Positions 41,270 to 52,509 of a DNA stretch of 64,000 nucleotides are shown here, piece after piece; positions within the stretch are counted from its first letter, which is position 1; each line of letters opens with the position of its first letter. The DNA comes from Tolypothrix carrinoi HA7290-LM1. Its GTDB lineage: Bacteria > Cyanobacteriota > Cyanobacteriia > Cyanobacteriales > Nostocaceae. Position numbers and translations under genes: made by a program. Location: assembly GCA_019358935.1 (NCBI GenBank), contig JAHHIK010000002.1:32001-96000 (forward strand), in the 5' to 3' direction. Below the pieces are notes generated by a model. The model did no database searches. It was not told where the DNA came from and saw only the letters and a program-made list of their open reading frames with translations.

Positions 41270-43684
41270 CTAACTTCTCAAACTGACACCGAATTTCTCA
41301 ACTAATGCTTCGCGGACTTTGTTGTGTACTGGTTCGACTTCAGCATCAGTGAGAGTACGATCGCTTGTCCGATAAACTAAACGAAACGCCAAACTGCGTT
41401 GTCCTTTTGGTACATTATCACCGCGATATTCATCAAATAATTCCACAGATTTTAATAAATCTTTACCTGCTTTGGCGATCGCTTTTTCAATTTCCGCAAC
41501 AGTTACCTTAATCGGTGCAAAAAAGGCGATATCGCGATCGGCTGCTGGATAAGTAGAATAAGGTTTAAATTGCGGTACTAGTATTTCATCTCTTTCTAGA
41601 GAATCCAACAGCACATCTAAATCCAGTTGAAACACGTAAACCGAATCTGGTAAACCTTTTTCCCGTCGCACTTGCGGATGTAACTGTCCAAAAGTACCGA
41701 GTCGATTACCGCGTATCCATAAAGACGCGGTACGTCCGGGATGCAAGCGGGAATTTTGATTATCTGGTTGATATTCTACCTGCAAACCAAGTTGCTGAAA
41801 TACACTTTCTATAATGCCTTTGGCTTCAAACCATGTTAAAGGTTGTTCGCCACTTGACCATTTACCGACAGTGCGATCGCCTCCCATAATTCCGGCTATG
41901 GCTTCAGCTTCTTGCAAACCGTCTTCTTCTCGCCAAAAAATTCGCCCAATTTCAAAGCCGTTCAGCGAACCGTTTCCTTGCTCTATATTATATTGAAAAG
42001 CATCAATCAACCCGGAAATTAACTCAGTTCGCAGCGCCGAATATTCTGTAAATAACGGGTTTGACAGCACTATCTGCGTTTCTTGTTGTGGTTTCACCAA
42101 AGAGTAGTGTATTAGTTCTGTCAATCCTTCCGCACGGAGAGAAGCTCGCAATTTGCGTATAAGTTCCTGATCTAAAGGCAAATAACCAGCTTCCGATTTA
42201 TCTGGTAAAGTATCACAAAAGTTATCGTAACCGTAAAGACGGGCAATTTCTTCAATTAAATCGATTTCCCGTTCTAAATCGCGGTAACGATAGGGTGGGA
42301 CAGTTACTGTCCAAGCACCTTCACCTTTATAAGTTAGCTGACATCCCAATGCAGTTAGAATGCGTTCAACATCTTGCGCTTCGAGTTCTCCGGTTTTCTC
42401 GTTTATTTCGATTGGTCCGAGAACTTGATTAACTCGTTCTAAACGCAGTGCGATCGCCCGACTCCAAGTAGAAGGATCGGGGCGCGTATCGGCAATTTCC
42501 TGATTTACAATACTTCCCTGTGCTATCTCCACCATCATCGATAAAGCGCGGCGTGTAGCTTTTTCCAACTCAGCGCGGTTTACACCTCGTTCATATCTTC
42601 CAGAAGCTTCTGTTCTCAAGCCGATGCTACGCGAAGAACGGCGAATTGCTACAGAGTCAAATAACGCCGCTTCTAAAAAGATATTTTGCGTACCTTCATA
42701 TACTTCGGTTTCTTCTCCACCCATCACCCCCGCTAAAGCAACGGGTTTATTGTTTGCCGTGATTAACAAATTTTGAGTAGTTAGATTGCGGGTTTGTCCA
42801 TCGAGAGTTTTCAGCGATTCTCCCGCATTAGCGAAACGCACCCCAACTTGGATTTTGCCACCCAAGCGATCGCCATCAAATGCGTGTAACGGTTGTCCCC
42901 ATTCCAACAACACATAATTAGTAATATCCACAACATTATTTATCGGTCGCGTTCCCGCAGCCCGCAAACGTTGTTGCAACCAATCAGGAGAAGGCGCAAT
43001 TTTGACATTTTCAATTAGCGTACCAATGTAAGCCGGACAAGCTTGCGTCTCATCAATTTTTAAAGTGAAATTTCCCGCACCCTGAGGAACAGACACCTCA
43101 CCCGGTTCAGGAATTGTCAACTTTCCACCTGTCAGCGCTGCTACTTCCCGCGCTATCCCTACCATACTTAAAGCATCAGCGCGATTAGCAGTAGCAGTGA
43201 CATCTAAAATCACATCATCCAAACCCAACAAAGGACGCACATCGCTACCCAGTTGGAGATTTTCTTGAGGAAAAATATGAATTCCGTCTACATCAGTCGG
43301 TAAACCGAGTTCCTTCAAAGAACAAATCATTCCTTGAGAAGGAACACCTCGCAGTTTCGCCGGCTTGATTTTTAAATCGATATTTGGTAAATAAGTTCCT
43401 GTAGTTGCTACTGGTACATAAATATCTGCTCGGACATTCGCAGCACCACAGACGATATTTAAAGTCTCAGAAGCACCGATATCAACTTGGCAAACACTCA
43501 ACTTATCAGCGTTAGGGTGAGGTTGTTTTTCAAGCACTCTGCCAACAACAACACCTGAAGCCCAAGTGCGGCGGTCTTCAATATCTTCTACCTCAAACCC
43601 TGCCATTGTCAAGGTTTCGGCTAAATCTTCCGGGTTTATTTTTATCTCAACTAGTTCCCGCAGCCAACTTAGAGAAATACGCAT
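41270..43684 (-). CDS. pheT: phenylalanine--tRNA ligase beta subunit
   Basis: [43 protein letters not shown]-terminal FDX-ACB domain. Confidence 0.97.
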   Translation of the reverse strand: MRISLSWLRELVEIKINPEDLAETLTMAGFEVEDIEDRRTWASGVVVGRVLEKQPHPNADKLSVCQVDIGASETLNIVCGAANVRADIYVPVATTGTYLPNIDLKIKPAKLRGVPSQGMICSLKELGLPTDVDGIHIFPQENLQLGSDVRPLLGLDDVILDVTATANRADALSMVGIAREVAALTGGKLTIPEPGEVSVPQGAGNFTLKIDETQACPAYIGTLIENVKIAPSPDWLQQRLRAAGTRPINNVVDITNYVLLEWGQPLHAFDGDRLGGKIQVGVRFANAGESLKTLDGQTRNLTTQNLLITANNKPVALAGVMGGEETEVYEGTQNIFLEAALFDSVAIRRSSRSIGLRTEASGRYERGVNRAELEKATRRALSMMVEIAQGSIVNQEIADTRPDPSTWSRAIALRLERVNQVLGPIEINEKTGELEAQDVERILTALGCQLTYKGEGAWTVTVPPYRYRDLEREIDLIEEIARLYGYDNFCDTLPDKSEAGYLPLDQELIRKLRASLRAEGLTELIHYSLVKPQQETQIVLSNPLFTEYSALRTELISGLIDAFQYNIEQGNGSLNGFEIGRIFWREEDGLQEAEAIAGIMGGDRTVGKWSSGEQPLTWFEAKGIIESVFQQLGLQVEYQPDNQNSRLHPGRTASLWIRGNRLGTFGQLHPQVRREKGLPDSVYVFQLDLDVLLDSLERDEILVPQFKPYSTYPAADRDIAFFAPIKVTVAEIEKAIAKAGKDLLKSVELFDEYRGDNVPKGQRSLAFRLVYRTSDRTLTDAEVEPVHNKVREALVEKFGVSLRS

Positions 43685-44102
43685 GGAGTGTGCTTGCTAA
43701 TTCTATGAATCGTATCAATGCTTCAATTTTAGATTGTAAGAGAGGCGATCGCTCTTGCACCCCCTCAGTTACCCCCTAACTTGAATAATCCTACTACAAC
43801 GTTGTACTTACCAAAAAACTCTCCTCTTACCTTTTCCCCTTCACTCGTTCTGAGGCTACTGCCTGGGTTCCAAAAAGTCAGACAAAAAAGGATGCGCCTT
43901 CTCCTTCAAAGACGCGAAGCGCGAACATCCGAGGCGGCGGTTCGCGCTCCCAGAATCTTCTGTCCGGCGACACGCCTTTGACTGGTGGGGTGTTGAGGAT
44001 CTTTAAAACAAGGAACCGTCTCAATTTTGTCCAGTTTTAGCGTAGGGAACGAGGACGAGGATATATCGGTTCTCGGTTGCGTCCAATACACGCTCTTGTT
44101 CG

Positions 44103-44132
44103 GGTAGGGGCAATTCATGAATTGCCCCTACC
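44103..44132. repeat. REP-like palindrome GGTAGGGGCAATTCATGAATTGCCCCTACC
   Basis: Perfect inverted repeat downstream of the regulator gene. Confidence 0.8.
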
Positions 44133-44196
44133 AACTGATCGTGTATTTCACTCAATTGAGAACCGTTATAATCCCCAGTCACCAGTCCAAGCGTCC

Positions 44197-45546
44197 CTAA
44201 CTCAAATGCATAAACACCATTTTCAGCAATTCTGAGCGACTAAACGGCTTAGTTAAATACCCCGATGCTCCCACCAATCGTGCTTTTATCTTATCTATAA
44301 TTCCCTTACTCCCAGTAACAAAAATGATTGGAGTTTCTTTGAACATTGAATTATTGCGTATTAGCCTACACAACTCATAACCATCAATTCCCGCCATATT
44401 CAAATCCAGTAATATCAAGTCTGGTTTGTGCCTAACAATCGACATTACCGCTTTTAGCGGATCGATAATTGTCACTACAAAAAAATTTTCATCTTCTAGT
44501 AAGCGAGTAATTTCTTTCAGCATTGTCGGGCTATCATCAACAGAAACTATTTTGTGAACTTTTCGCTCTGTTAAAGTAGCAATGTTTGTCTGATTTTTTG
44601 TTGCTAATTGCTGAAAATTATCACTGACAGAAGATATATCTGGTAATCGCAAAGAAGTATCTCTATTTTCGGCAATACTTGGCTTCTCGTTGCTAGTAGT
44701 GCTGCTGGGCGCTGCGATTTCAGCTAATTCGGCAATATCGCTATGATCTGGTAACTCTTCACAAGTCTTTGGGAATTTATCAAATGGTGGATCTGGTTCA
44801 TGTAATAACAGCGCTCCATGTAAGATATAAGGATGTAAAATTTGCGCCAGCTTTAATTCATCTTGATTCAGAATTACGGCAAGATGACGCAAGCTAAAAC
44901 CTTTCATCCAATGAGTTAAATTGGGCTGAAGTTCTGGAAGTTTTTCGGGTTTAACTCTCGAAGAAACGCATAAATAAGGGCGCTGAAATGGAGAAGAAAT
45001 TTGCGGCGCTAAAGAATGCCAATTTTGCAATCTTTCTTGACAGCATTCGATTACTTTCTCTACATCCTGGTTGCAAATATTTTGCAGATATGTATCTGTT
45101 AAATTATATGAACCTTGCTTGATTAAGAGAAATGATTCAATCACTTCTTTAACCACTTCTTGGATTAGCACTCCGGCTTGTGCCGAATTTAGATATTTTT
45201 GACTGACAAGCCAGCAAATAGCTTGATAATCAGGCGGCTGGTTTGCCAAATTGTCGTACATTTGTTTCAGCTTACCGTGTGAGTCACTTTCAAACATTAA
45301 GCGTAACTGAACACGGGTTTCGCTCTTTAACAGGGGAATTTGGCGGCTGAGACGGCGTAAATGCCGTTCTAGTCGATCAAAAGGTTCAACTGAATCGGTA
45401 GCATAAGTAATTTTACCCTGTTCTAAGTAGATCGACCAAGAAACTGAGTTGCTAGATGCTTGTAAACCAGTACTCTCCGAACAATTAGATAACTGTCTTA
45501 ACAAACTCAGGGGACTCAATTTGGTAAATGTGCCAGAATTATTCAT
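44197..45546 (-). CDS. PatA-family response regulator (PATAN + REC)
   Basis: N-terminal PATAN-like WSIYLEQGKITYAT...DYQAICWL; C-terminal REC with VDDS, LLDLNM, YLTKPF. Confidence 0.85.
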   Translation of the reverse strand: MNNSGTFTKLSPLSLLRQLSNCSESTGLQASSNSVSWSIYLEQGKITYATDSVEPFDRLERHLRRLSRQIPLLKSETRVQLRLMFESDSHGKLKQMYDNLANQPPDYQAICWLVSQKYLNSAQAGVLIQEVVKEVIESFLLIKQGSYNLTDTYLQNICNQDVEKVIECCQERLQNWHSLAPQISSPFQRPYLCVSSRVKPEKLPELQPNLTHWMKGFSLRHLAVILNQDELKLAQILHPYILHGALLLHEPDPPFDKFPKTCEELPDHSDIAELAEIAAPSSTTSNEKPSIAENRDTSLRLPDISSVSDNFQQLATKNQTNIATLTERKVHKIVSVDDSPTMLKEITRLLEDENFFVVTIIDPLKAVMSIVRHKPDLILLDLNMAGIDGYELCRLIRNNSMFKETPIIFVTGSKGIIDKIKARLVGASGYLTKPFSRSELLKMVFMHLS

Positions 45547-46158
45547 GTTTTTGGATAATTTGCGGTAAATTAGACCGAATACTTGTAAATTCTAAGTATC
45601 GGTAAATGAGGCACCCTGAAAGAATTGAATTTTTCTCTACAAAGAAATTTTTCAGTTTGGCTATGCAGTTATATTACATATCTGCAAAAATTACCATATC
45701 TTTAATTTGTTACATTTTGCACTATATATTGAAATAAAATATTTTCTGCTTCATTTTAATTTTAAGTGTGCATAGTTACACAAGTATAGTGAGAAAGCTG
45801 ATTAGATTAAATATGATGAATTGCTTTCATCTAAAATCTGACTTGACTACATAGAATCTTTAAAATTCAACATGAGCAGGGCACGCGATCCTTGATATTC
45901 TATAAGGGTTATTTATAAATTTGACTAGATGCAGTGCTACAGGTAATGCGAGTCCCTGGTAAATTCCCTTTTACTCAACTACGTTGTAAGTTAAGATTTT
46001 ATTAAATGCTTAGGGATTTTGCTAGTAGTAATCTGTTTAATAAATAAGAGAGCACTCTGACAAACAACTACAAAAATGTAGGTTTGTTCGGCGCTTTCAA
46101 TTATATACTTTGAGAAAAGGGAAACAAGGCTTTGGACTTTAACATAACACAACAAGTT

Positions 46159-46833
46159 ATGCAGGATACATTAAAACTAGATGAAGTAGTTGAATTTGCT
46201 GAGAACCCAGAACCACGTTGTCCTTGCGTGTTATTACTAGATACCTCAGGTTCGATGCATGGAGAGCCGATTGAGGCTTTAAATCAGGGCTTGCTCAGTT
46301 TGAAGGACGAATTAGTAAAAAATTCCCTTGCGGCACGAAGAGTAGAAGTAGCAATTGTTACTTTTGACAGCAACGTAAATGTAGTGCAAGACTTTGTGAC
46401 TGCCGATCAATTCAATCCGCCGATTTTGACAGCACAAGGATTGACAACTATGGGTTCGGGAATTAATAAAGCCTTGGATTTGATTCAAGAGCGCAAAGTT
46501 CAATATCGCACGAACGGCATTGCTTACTATCGTCCTTGGGTATTTATGATTACCGATGGAGAACCGCAAGGCGAATTAGAGCAATCGATAGAGCAAGCGT
46601 CCCAGCGTTTGCAAACAGATGAAATAAATAAACGTGTTGCTTTTTTTACCGTTGGGGTGGAAAATGCTAATATGACACGCTTAAGTAAAATTGCTGTACG
46701 TACTCCTCTGAAGCTCCAAGGACTGAACTTTATAGAGATGTTTGTTTGGTTATCGGCGAGTATGTCAGCGGTTTCGCATTCACAGGTAGACGAACAGGTT
46801 GCACTACCACCAATCGGCTGGGGATCTGTTTAA
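46159..46833 (+). CDS. vWA domain protein (TerY/YegL-like)
   Basis: PEPRCPCVLLLDTSGSM MIDAS motif, YYRPWVFMITDGEP, FVWLSASMSAVS. Confidence 0.9.
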   Translation: MQDTLKLDEVVEFAENPEPRCPCVLLLDTSGSMHGEPIEALNQGLLSLKDELVKNSLAARRVEVAIVTFDSNVNVVQDFVTADQFNPPILTAQGLTTMGSGINKALDLIQERKVQYRTNGIAYYRPWVFMITDGEPQGELEQSIEQASQRLQTDEINKRVAFFTVGVENANMTRLSKIAVRTPLKLQGLNFIEMFVWLSASMSAVSHSQVDEQVALPPIGWGSV

Positions 46834-46903
46834 GGACGCGATCGCTCTTTTATGCGGCGGCTGACGCATCGCCTTTGATTATGTTTACACAGCTGTTGGC
46901 AAA

Positions 46904-47683
46904 ATGAACACATCAAGCAAGATATCTCAATGGCGGGTAGTAGCCGCATCTGTAGGTGGTACGAGTCATTTAAAAAACAAACAGCTGTGTCAAGACGCAC
47001 ATCATTGGCAAATATTGCCAGATAACGTTTTGATAGCAGCGGTAGCAGATGGTGCAGGAAGTGCAGCAAGCGGGAAAGTTGGCGCGATGGTGGCTGTAGA
47101 AGCAGCTATCGAAAATATATCTGTTAAACAATTCACCCGACGAAGCTTGGATGATGATGAACAAGTGCGCGAACTTTTGAATGATGCGATCGTCGCGGCA
47201 AAAATTGCCGTAGAGGATGAAGCGACAGTTTGTGACAAACAGCCACAAGATTTAGCAACAACCTTAATTATCACGATTGCTACACCAGAACTTGTCGCAG
47301 TCGTGCAGATCGGTGATGGAATGGCAGTGGCGAAGGATCGCATGGGCAACTTACTTGCTCTAACTATGCCTGATAACGGCGAATACATCAACGCCACCAC
47401 ATTTTTAACTTCGCCTAATGCCCTAGATACAGCGCAAATGAGATTATGGCGCGAAGCCATAATCAACGTTGGTGTTCTTACCGACGGGTTACAAATGCTG
47501 GCATTAAACATGGCTGAAGGTGCGCCTCATAAACCGTTCTTTTTTCCTCTATTTGACTTTGCAGCAAATGCCGAGGATAAAGCAGCGGCAAAAGAGCAGT
47601 TGGTGAGGTTTTTACGTTCGGATCGAATCACGCAACGTACTGATGATGACTTAACGCTAATAATTGCTGCCTTAAGCGATTAA
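46904..47683 (+). CDS. PP2C-like Ser/Thr phosphatase (YegK/PphC-like)
   Basis: SVGGTSH..CQDA, AVADGAGSA, QIGDG, EYINATTFLT, LTDGLQ, RTDDDLTL. Confidence 0.9.
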   Translation: MNTSSKISQWRVVAASVGGTSHLKNKQLCQDAHHWQILPDNVLIAAVADGAGSAASGKVGAMVAVEAAIENISVKQFTRRSLDDDEQVRELLNDAIVAAKIAVEDEATVCDKQPQDLATTLIITIATPELVAVVQIGDGMAVAKDRMGNLLALTMPDNGEYINATTFLTSPNALDTAQMRLWREAIINVGVLTDGLQMLALNMAEGAPHKPFFFPLFDFAANAEDKAAAKEQLVRFLRSDRITQRTDDDLTLIIAALSD

Positions 47684-47734
47684 AAGCGTAGTTCTTTTTT
47701 AACTTAAATAACTCCCGTAAATTGTAATTCTATC

Positions 47735-49906
47735 ATGCAGGTTCTACGTTGTCTTACCAACCAAGAAATCCTCAACCTCACCATTAGTTTAGGGCGAGGC
47801 GGAGAAGCTTGTATTTATGCTGTGCCCAGCGATGGCAATTTAGTGGCAAAAGTTTATCACAAGCCAACTGAGCAACACGGGCGGAAACTTTTGGCAATGC
47901 TTGCCAACCCACCAGAAAACCCTACAGCTAGTTTAGGGCATATTTCTATTGCTTGGCCCTATGAACCGCTCAAAGCAGTAGACGGAAGCGATCGCATTAT
48001 TGGCTTTTTAATGCCGCGCATTCGAGGGATGCGTCCGGCGATCGACTTCTACAACCCCAGAACTAGGCGCGAACAGTGTCCATTATTTAATTATCAATAT
48101 TTGCTGCGTACCGCTCGCAATTTGGCGGCAGCTTTTGCGGCTTTGCACAACAGTGGCTACTGCGTCGGCGATGTGAATGAGTCGAATATCATGGTCAGCG
48201 ACACAGCATTAGTGACGCTGGTAGATACAGATTCGTTCCAAGTACGCGATGCAAACCAAAATGTAATTTTCCGCTGCCAAGTTGGTAAACCAGAGTTTAC
48301 TCCACCAGAACTACAAAATAAAATTTTTGCTCAATATGATCGCGCGATCGCCCATGACTTATTTGGGTTGGGAGTACTGATATTTCAACTGTTAATGGAA
48401 GGTACACATCCATTTTCTGGTATCTATCAAGGTGCAGGCGAACCACCCACCTACGAAGCACGCATTGCCAATGGTCATTTTACTTACAGTCAACAGCGCC
48501 GCGTCCCTTACACTCCTACCCCGATAGCACCAGCTTGGGAAATTCTTCCTCCCAGCTTGCAAGAAATGTTTGTCCGCTGTTTTGAGCATGGTCATAACAA
48601 CCCACAGATGCGTCCCAGCGCTCAAACTTGGCTGTTAGAACTAGCTGAAATCGAAAATGACCTGATTACCTGCACAGTCAACTCCCAGCACCGCTATAGC
48701 AGCCACCTGCACAAGTGTCCTTGGTGCGAACGTACCTTGCGCTTAGGCGGACGTGACCCCTTTCCATCACAGCAGGCAATACAATCAAAACAACATCTAC
48801 AACCGCGCAGACAAACTCGACGCAACACAAGTCCGACACGCGGCAACAACGTTTCTCCAATTCCAGCAAACCAGATTAATTATCGGCAAGTAGCACCGCA
48901 AAAATTTTCTTATTATCAATCTCGCAAAAAATCAAAATTTTACCCAGTGATTTTGTGCTTGTTGGGTTTTGGGATGTTGGGATATTTAGACGTAATGATT
49001 AAATTTACTCGTCCCTTAGTTTCCCAAAATCAATATGCTCAACAAACCTTGATGTCTCGCAAAGAGCAAAGCAAAAATAATCTCACTTTTGCAGATTATT
49101 ATAAACAGGGTCATGCCTCTTATAAAGTGCGAGACTATGAACACGCACTAAGCGATTTTAGCCAAGCAATCAAAAAAAATCCGACACATGCCAAAGCACA
49201 TATTAACCGTGGTAATACCCGTTACAACCTGAAAGACTATGATGGTGCAGTTACCGACTACAGTCAGGCAATACAAATCGATCCTAATGAAATAAAAGCT
49301 TATGTAAATCGGGGCAATGCCCGCTATATGCTAGCCGAATATAGCAGCGATCCCGATAGAGATTACAATTTAGCTTTATCAGACTTTAATAATGCTTTGC
49401 GTCTGAATCCTAATGAAGCCGAAGCTTATATCAGACGCGGTATAGTCCGTTCCCAACTTGCTAAATATAGCGGCGATTCTCAACAAGATTACCGCAAAGC
49501 AATTGGAGACTTTAATAGTGCGATCGCTTTAAATGCAGACAAGCCAGAAGCTTACTTTCAGCGGGGTCTTGTTCGTTATCAAATTGGTCAATACAGCAGC
49601 GACTTCGATCAAGAATATAAAGAAGCGATCGCCGACTTTAACCAAGCATTACGCATCGATTCTCGAAGTGCGAAAGTTTACTTAAGACGAGGTATAGTTC
49701 GCTACGAACTTTCCCAGTATGGCGGCAAGAATTCTAGTACAAATCATACGCAAGCGATCGCCGATTTGCAGACATCTGCCAAAATTTTCCTTGAGCAAGA
49801 GGATATGGATAATTACCAACAAGCATTAAGCAGCATTTGCGTTGTTTTGGAAAACAAATGTGACACTTTCTTTGACAATACAACTGGCTTAGTAAAAGGT
49901 AGCTAA
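47735..49906 (+). CDS. YegI-like Ser/Thr kinase with Zn-ribbon, TM helix and C-terminal TPRs
   Basis: GRGGEA, VAKVY, GDVNESN, DTDSFQ, FTPPE, CPWC; TM segment FYPVILCLLGFGMLGYL; multiple TPRs. Confidence 0.88.
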   Translation: MQVLRCLTNQEILNLTISLGRGGEACIYAVPSDGNLVAKVYHKPTEQHGRKLLAMLANPPENPTASLGHISIAWPYEPLKAVDGSDRIIGFLMPRIRGMRPAIDFYNPRTRREQCPLFNYQYLLRTARNLAAAFAALHNSGYCVGDVNESNIMVSDTALVTLVDTDSFQVRDANQNVIFRCQVGKPEFTPPELQNKIFAQYDRAIAHDLFGLGVLIFQLLMEGTHPFSGIYQGAGEPPTYEARIANGHFTYSQQRRVPYTPTPIAPAWEILPPSLQEMFVRCFEHGHNNPQMRPSAQTWLLELAEIENDLITCTVNSQHRYSSHLHKCPWCERTLRLGGRDPFPSQQAIQSKQHLQPRRQTRRNTSPTRGNNVSPIPANQINYRQVAPQKFSYYQSRKKSKFYPVILCLLGFGMLGYLDVMIKFTRPLVSQNQYAQQTLMSRKEQSKNNLTFADYYKQGHASYKVRDYEHALSDFSQAIKKNPTHAKAHINRGNTRYNLKDYDGAVTDYSQAIQIDPNEIKAYVNRGNARYMLAEYSSDPDRDYNLALSDFNNALRLNPNEAEAYIRRGIVRSQLAKYSGDSQQDYRKAIGDFNSAIALNADKPEAYFQRGLVRYQIGQYSSDFDQEYKEAIADFNQALRIDSRSAKVYLRRGIVRYELSQYGGKNSSTNHTQAIADLQTSAKIFLEQEDMDNYQQALSSICVVLENKCDTFFDNTTGLVKGS

Positions 49907-49946
49907 AAACTGAAAAACGTCCTAACTAACAATTAAATACTTTGTA

Positions 49947-49988
49947 ATTAGAAAGAGCTAACCCACGCTTAGGTTAGCTCTTTCTAAT
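49947..49988. terminator. long inverted repeat after the kinase gene
   Basis: ATTAGAAAGAGCTAACC...GGTTAGCTCTTTCTAAT. Confidence 0.6.
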
Positions 49989-50239
49989 AATATCTATTTT
50001 TTATTTTTATTCAAAGAAAAACAATTTTTTACATTGATCGTCAGCATTCACAAAGCTTTTTCGTTTTTTTACACATAAAACAAGTTTATTTACCTTGTCT
50101 TCATACTTAAGACGGAAAATACGGTTAGATTTATTACTGAGAAAATCGACAATTAACTTTTTCTCATAAGTTAAGTTGATACATTCTCAGTTGAGATAAG
50201 TCCAAATACTCATCTACCTAAAAATTCCGAGGTAATTGC

Positions 50240-51013
50240 ATGAAAGCAGTGATTTTGGCTGGAGGACTTGGTACGCGTCTGAGTGAAGAAACTAGCATTA
50301 AACCCAAGCCGATGGTCGAGATTGGTGGTAAGCCCATCCTGTGGCACATCATGAAAACTTATTCTGCACACGGTATTGATGACTTTATCATCTGTTGCGG
50401 TTATAAAGGGTACGTAATCAAGGAGTATTTTGCCAATTACTTCTTACACATGTCAGACGTAACCTTTGATATGCGCTTTAACCAGATGAACGTGCATCGT
50501 GGTAGTGCTGAACCCTGGCGTATCACCTTAGTAGATACAGGTGATAGTACCATGACAGGCGGACGCTTGAAGCGAGTCGCAGACCATGTTGGGAATGAAA
50601 CTTTTTGCTTCACCTACGGTGACGGTGTTAGCAATGTGAATATCACTGAGTTAATTAACTTTCACAAAGAACAAAAAACTTTAGGTACACTCACCGCAGT
50701 TCAACCAGCCGGACGCTTTGGTGCCATATCCTTAGGACACGACCAAACTAAAATCAACAGCTTCCGCGAAAAACAAGATGGTGATGGTGCTTGGATTAAT
50801 GGCGGTTATTTTATCCTAGAACCGGAAGTAATCAACTTGATTGCTGGTGATTCCACCGTTTGGGAACAGCAACCATTAGAAAAGCTTGCAGAAATGGATC
50901 AGCTATCTGCTTACAGACATGACGGTTTTTGGCAACCGATGGATACTTTGCGCGATAGAAACTACCTCGAAGACCTATGGAAGAATAACAAAGCTCCTTG
51001 GAAAGTGTGGTAA
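50240..51013 (+). CDS. rfbF: glucose-1-phosphate cytidylyltransferase
   Basis: [41 protein letters not shown]. Confidence 0.95.
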   Translation: MKAVILAGGLGTRLSEETSIKPKPMVEIGGKPILWHIMKTYSAHGIDDFIICCGYKGYVIKEYFANYFLHMSDVTFDMRFNQMNVHRGSAEPWRITLVDTGDSTMTGGRLKRVADHVGNETFCFTYGDGVSNVNITELINFHKEQKTLGTLTAVQPAGRFGAISLGHDQTKINSFREKQDGDGAWINGGYFILEPEVINLIAGDSTVWEQQPLEKLAEMDQLSAYRHDGFWQPMDTLRDRNYLEDLWKNNKAPWKVW

Positions 51014-51150
51014 GCAAGGTTATGAGTTATGTAGAGACGTTCCAATGGAACGTCTGTACCGGAGTTATGAATTAAGAATTGAATTTAACTTAAAAAACCT
51101 CCTGACTCATAAAATTTAAACTTTTGTAATTAAAGGTGCAAAAAATACCA

Positions 51151-52365
51151 ATGTATGATTTTGGGATAATAGGTGGGGGAATAGTTGGACTCTCTACAGC
51201 AATGGCTTTGGGCAAACGCTATCCCAATGCAAAAATTTTAGTTTTAGAAAAAGAGAGCAAATGGGCATTTCACCAAACTGGTAACAACAGCGGTGTAATT
51301 CATTCTGGTATCTACTACAAGCCAGGAAGTTTCAAAGCTAAATTTTGCCGTGATGGTAGTCGCTCAATGGTAGAATTCTGCCAAGAGCATGATATTGCTC
51401 ATGAAGTTTGCGGTAAAGTAATTGTCGCCACCGATGAACAAGAGCTACCGCGCTTAGAAAATCTTTACAAGCGCGGCTTGGAAAACGGTCTAGAAGTTAA
51501 GCGAATCAGTGCCGAAGAAGTCAAAGAAATTGAACCTCATGTCACTTGCGTAGCCGGCATCCGCGTATATTCAACTGGTATTGCCAATTATAAGCAAGTT
51601 TGTTTAAAGTACGCAGAGTTAATTGCAAAGCAAGGTGGCGAACTGCGTCTAAATACAAAAGTTGAGAAAATTTCGCGCAGTGGTAAAAATCAAGTACTGG
51701 AAACTAATAACGGTACTTTTGAAACTCGCTTTGTAATTAATTGTGCCGGATTGCATAGCGATCGCCTAGCCAAATTAGCTCAAGTAGATCCGCAAGCCAA
51801 AATAGTACCATTCCGGGGCGAATACTACGAACTCACACCAGAAAAGCGCTATCTTGTCAAGACTTTAATTTACCCCGTTCCCAACCCAGATTTTCCCTTC
51901 TTGGGCGTCCACTTTACCAAGATGATAGATGGTAGCGTCCACGCAGGACCCAATGCAGTTCTCAGCCTCAAGCGTGAAGGATACAAAAAGACAGACTTTG
52001 ATTTGCGTGATTTTGCAGAAGTCATGACTTATCCAGGTTTCTGGAAATTAGCAGCAAAACACGCCGACGAAGGCATTCAAGAAATCATTCGCTCTTTTAG
52101 TAAAGCAGCCTTCACCAGAAGTTTACAAAAATTAATTCCGGAAGTTAAATCGGAGGATTTAATTCCCTGCCATGCAGGAGTTCGCGCTCAAGCTTTAATG
52201 AACGACGGTAAACTAGTAGACGACTTTTTGATTGTTCAAGATCGAAACTCCGTCCATGTTTGCAACGCTCCTTCTCCTGCTGCCACTTCTTCACTGGAAA
52301 TTGGTAAAGCCATTGTTGCTCAAATTCCCGAACAATCGCATCTTTTAACAGCAGCAGTTAATTAA
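51151..52365 (+). CDS. lhgO: L-2-hydroxyglutarate oxidase-like FAD enzyme
   Basis: GGGIVG, HQTGNNSGVIHSGIYY, PFLGVHFT, NAPSPAATSSL. Confidence 0.85.
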   Translation: MYDFGIIGGGIVGLSTAMALGKRYPNAKILVLEKESKWAFHQTGNNSGVIHSGIYYKPGSFKAKFCRDGSRSMVEFCQEHDIAHEVCGKVIVATDEQELPRLENLYKRGLENGLEVKRISAEEVKEIEPHVTCVAGIRVYSTGIANYKQVCLKYAELIAKQGGELRLNTKVEKISRSGKNQVLETNNGTFETRFVINCAGLHSDRLAKLAQVDPQAKIVPFRGEYYELTPEKRYLVKTLIYPVPNPDFPFLGVHFTKMIDGSVHAGPNAVLSLKREGYKKTDFDLRDFAEVMTYPGFWKLAAKHADEGIQEIIRSFSKAAFTRSLQKLIPEVKSEDLIPCHAGVRAQALMNDGKLVDDFLIVQDRNSVHVCNAPSPAATSSLEIGKAIVAQIPEQSHLLTAAVN

Positions 52366-52509
52366 TTTTTGATTAGTTAGTTTGCATCTACCCTAAATTA
52401 GCCTGTACTAGCCAGGGAGCGCAGGCATTGTTTAATCAGTCGCTAGATAGGCATACTACATTATTTCTAGCGTTGTAGAATAAGCGAATTAGTATCAGGG
52501 ATTTCCGTT

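Noticed and set aside
43781..44118. Short ORFs upstream of pheT
   Set aside because: They overlap repeat-like sequence (CTCGTT...AACGAG ends and a REP palindrome), and I could not assign a protein family.
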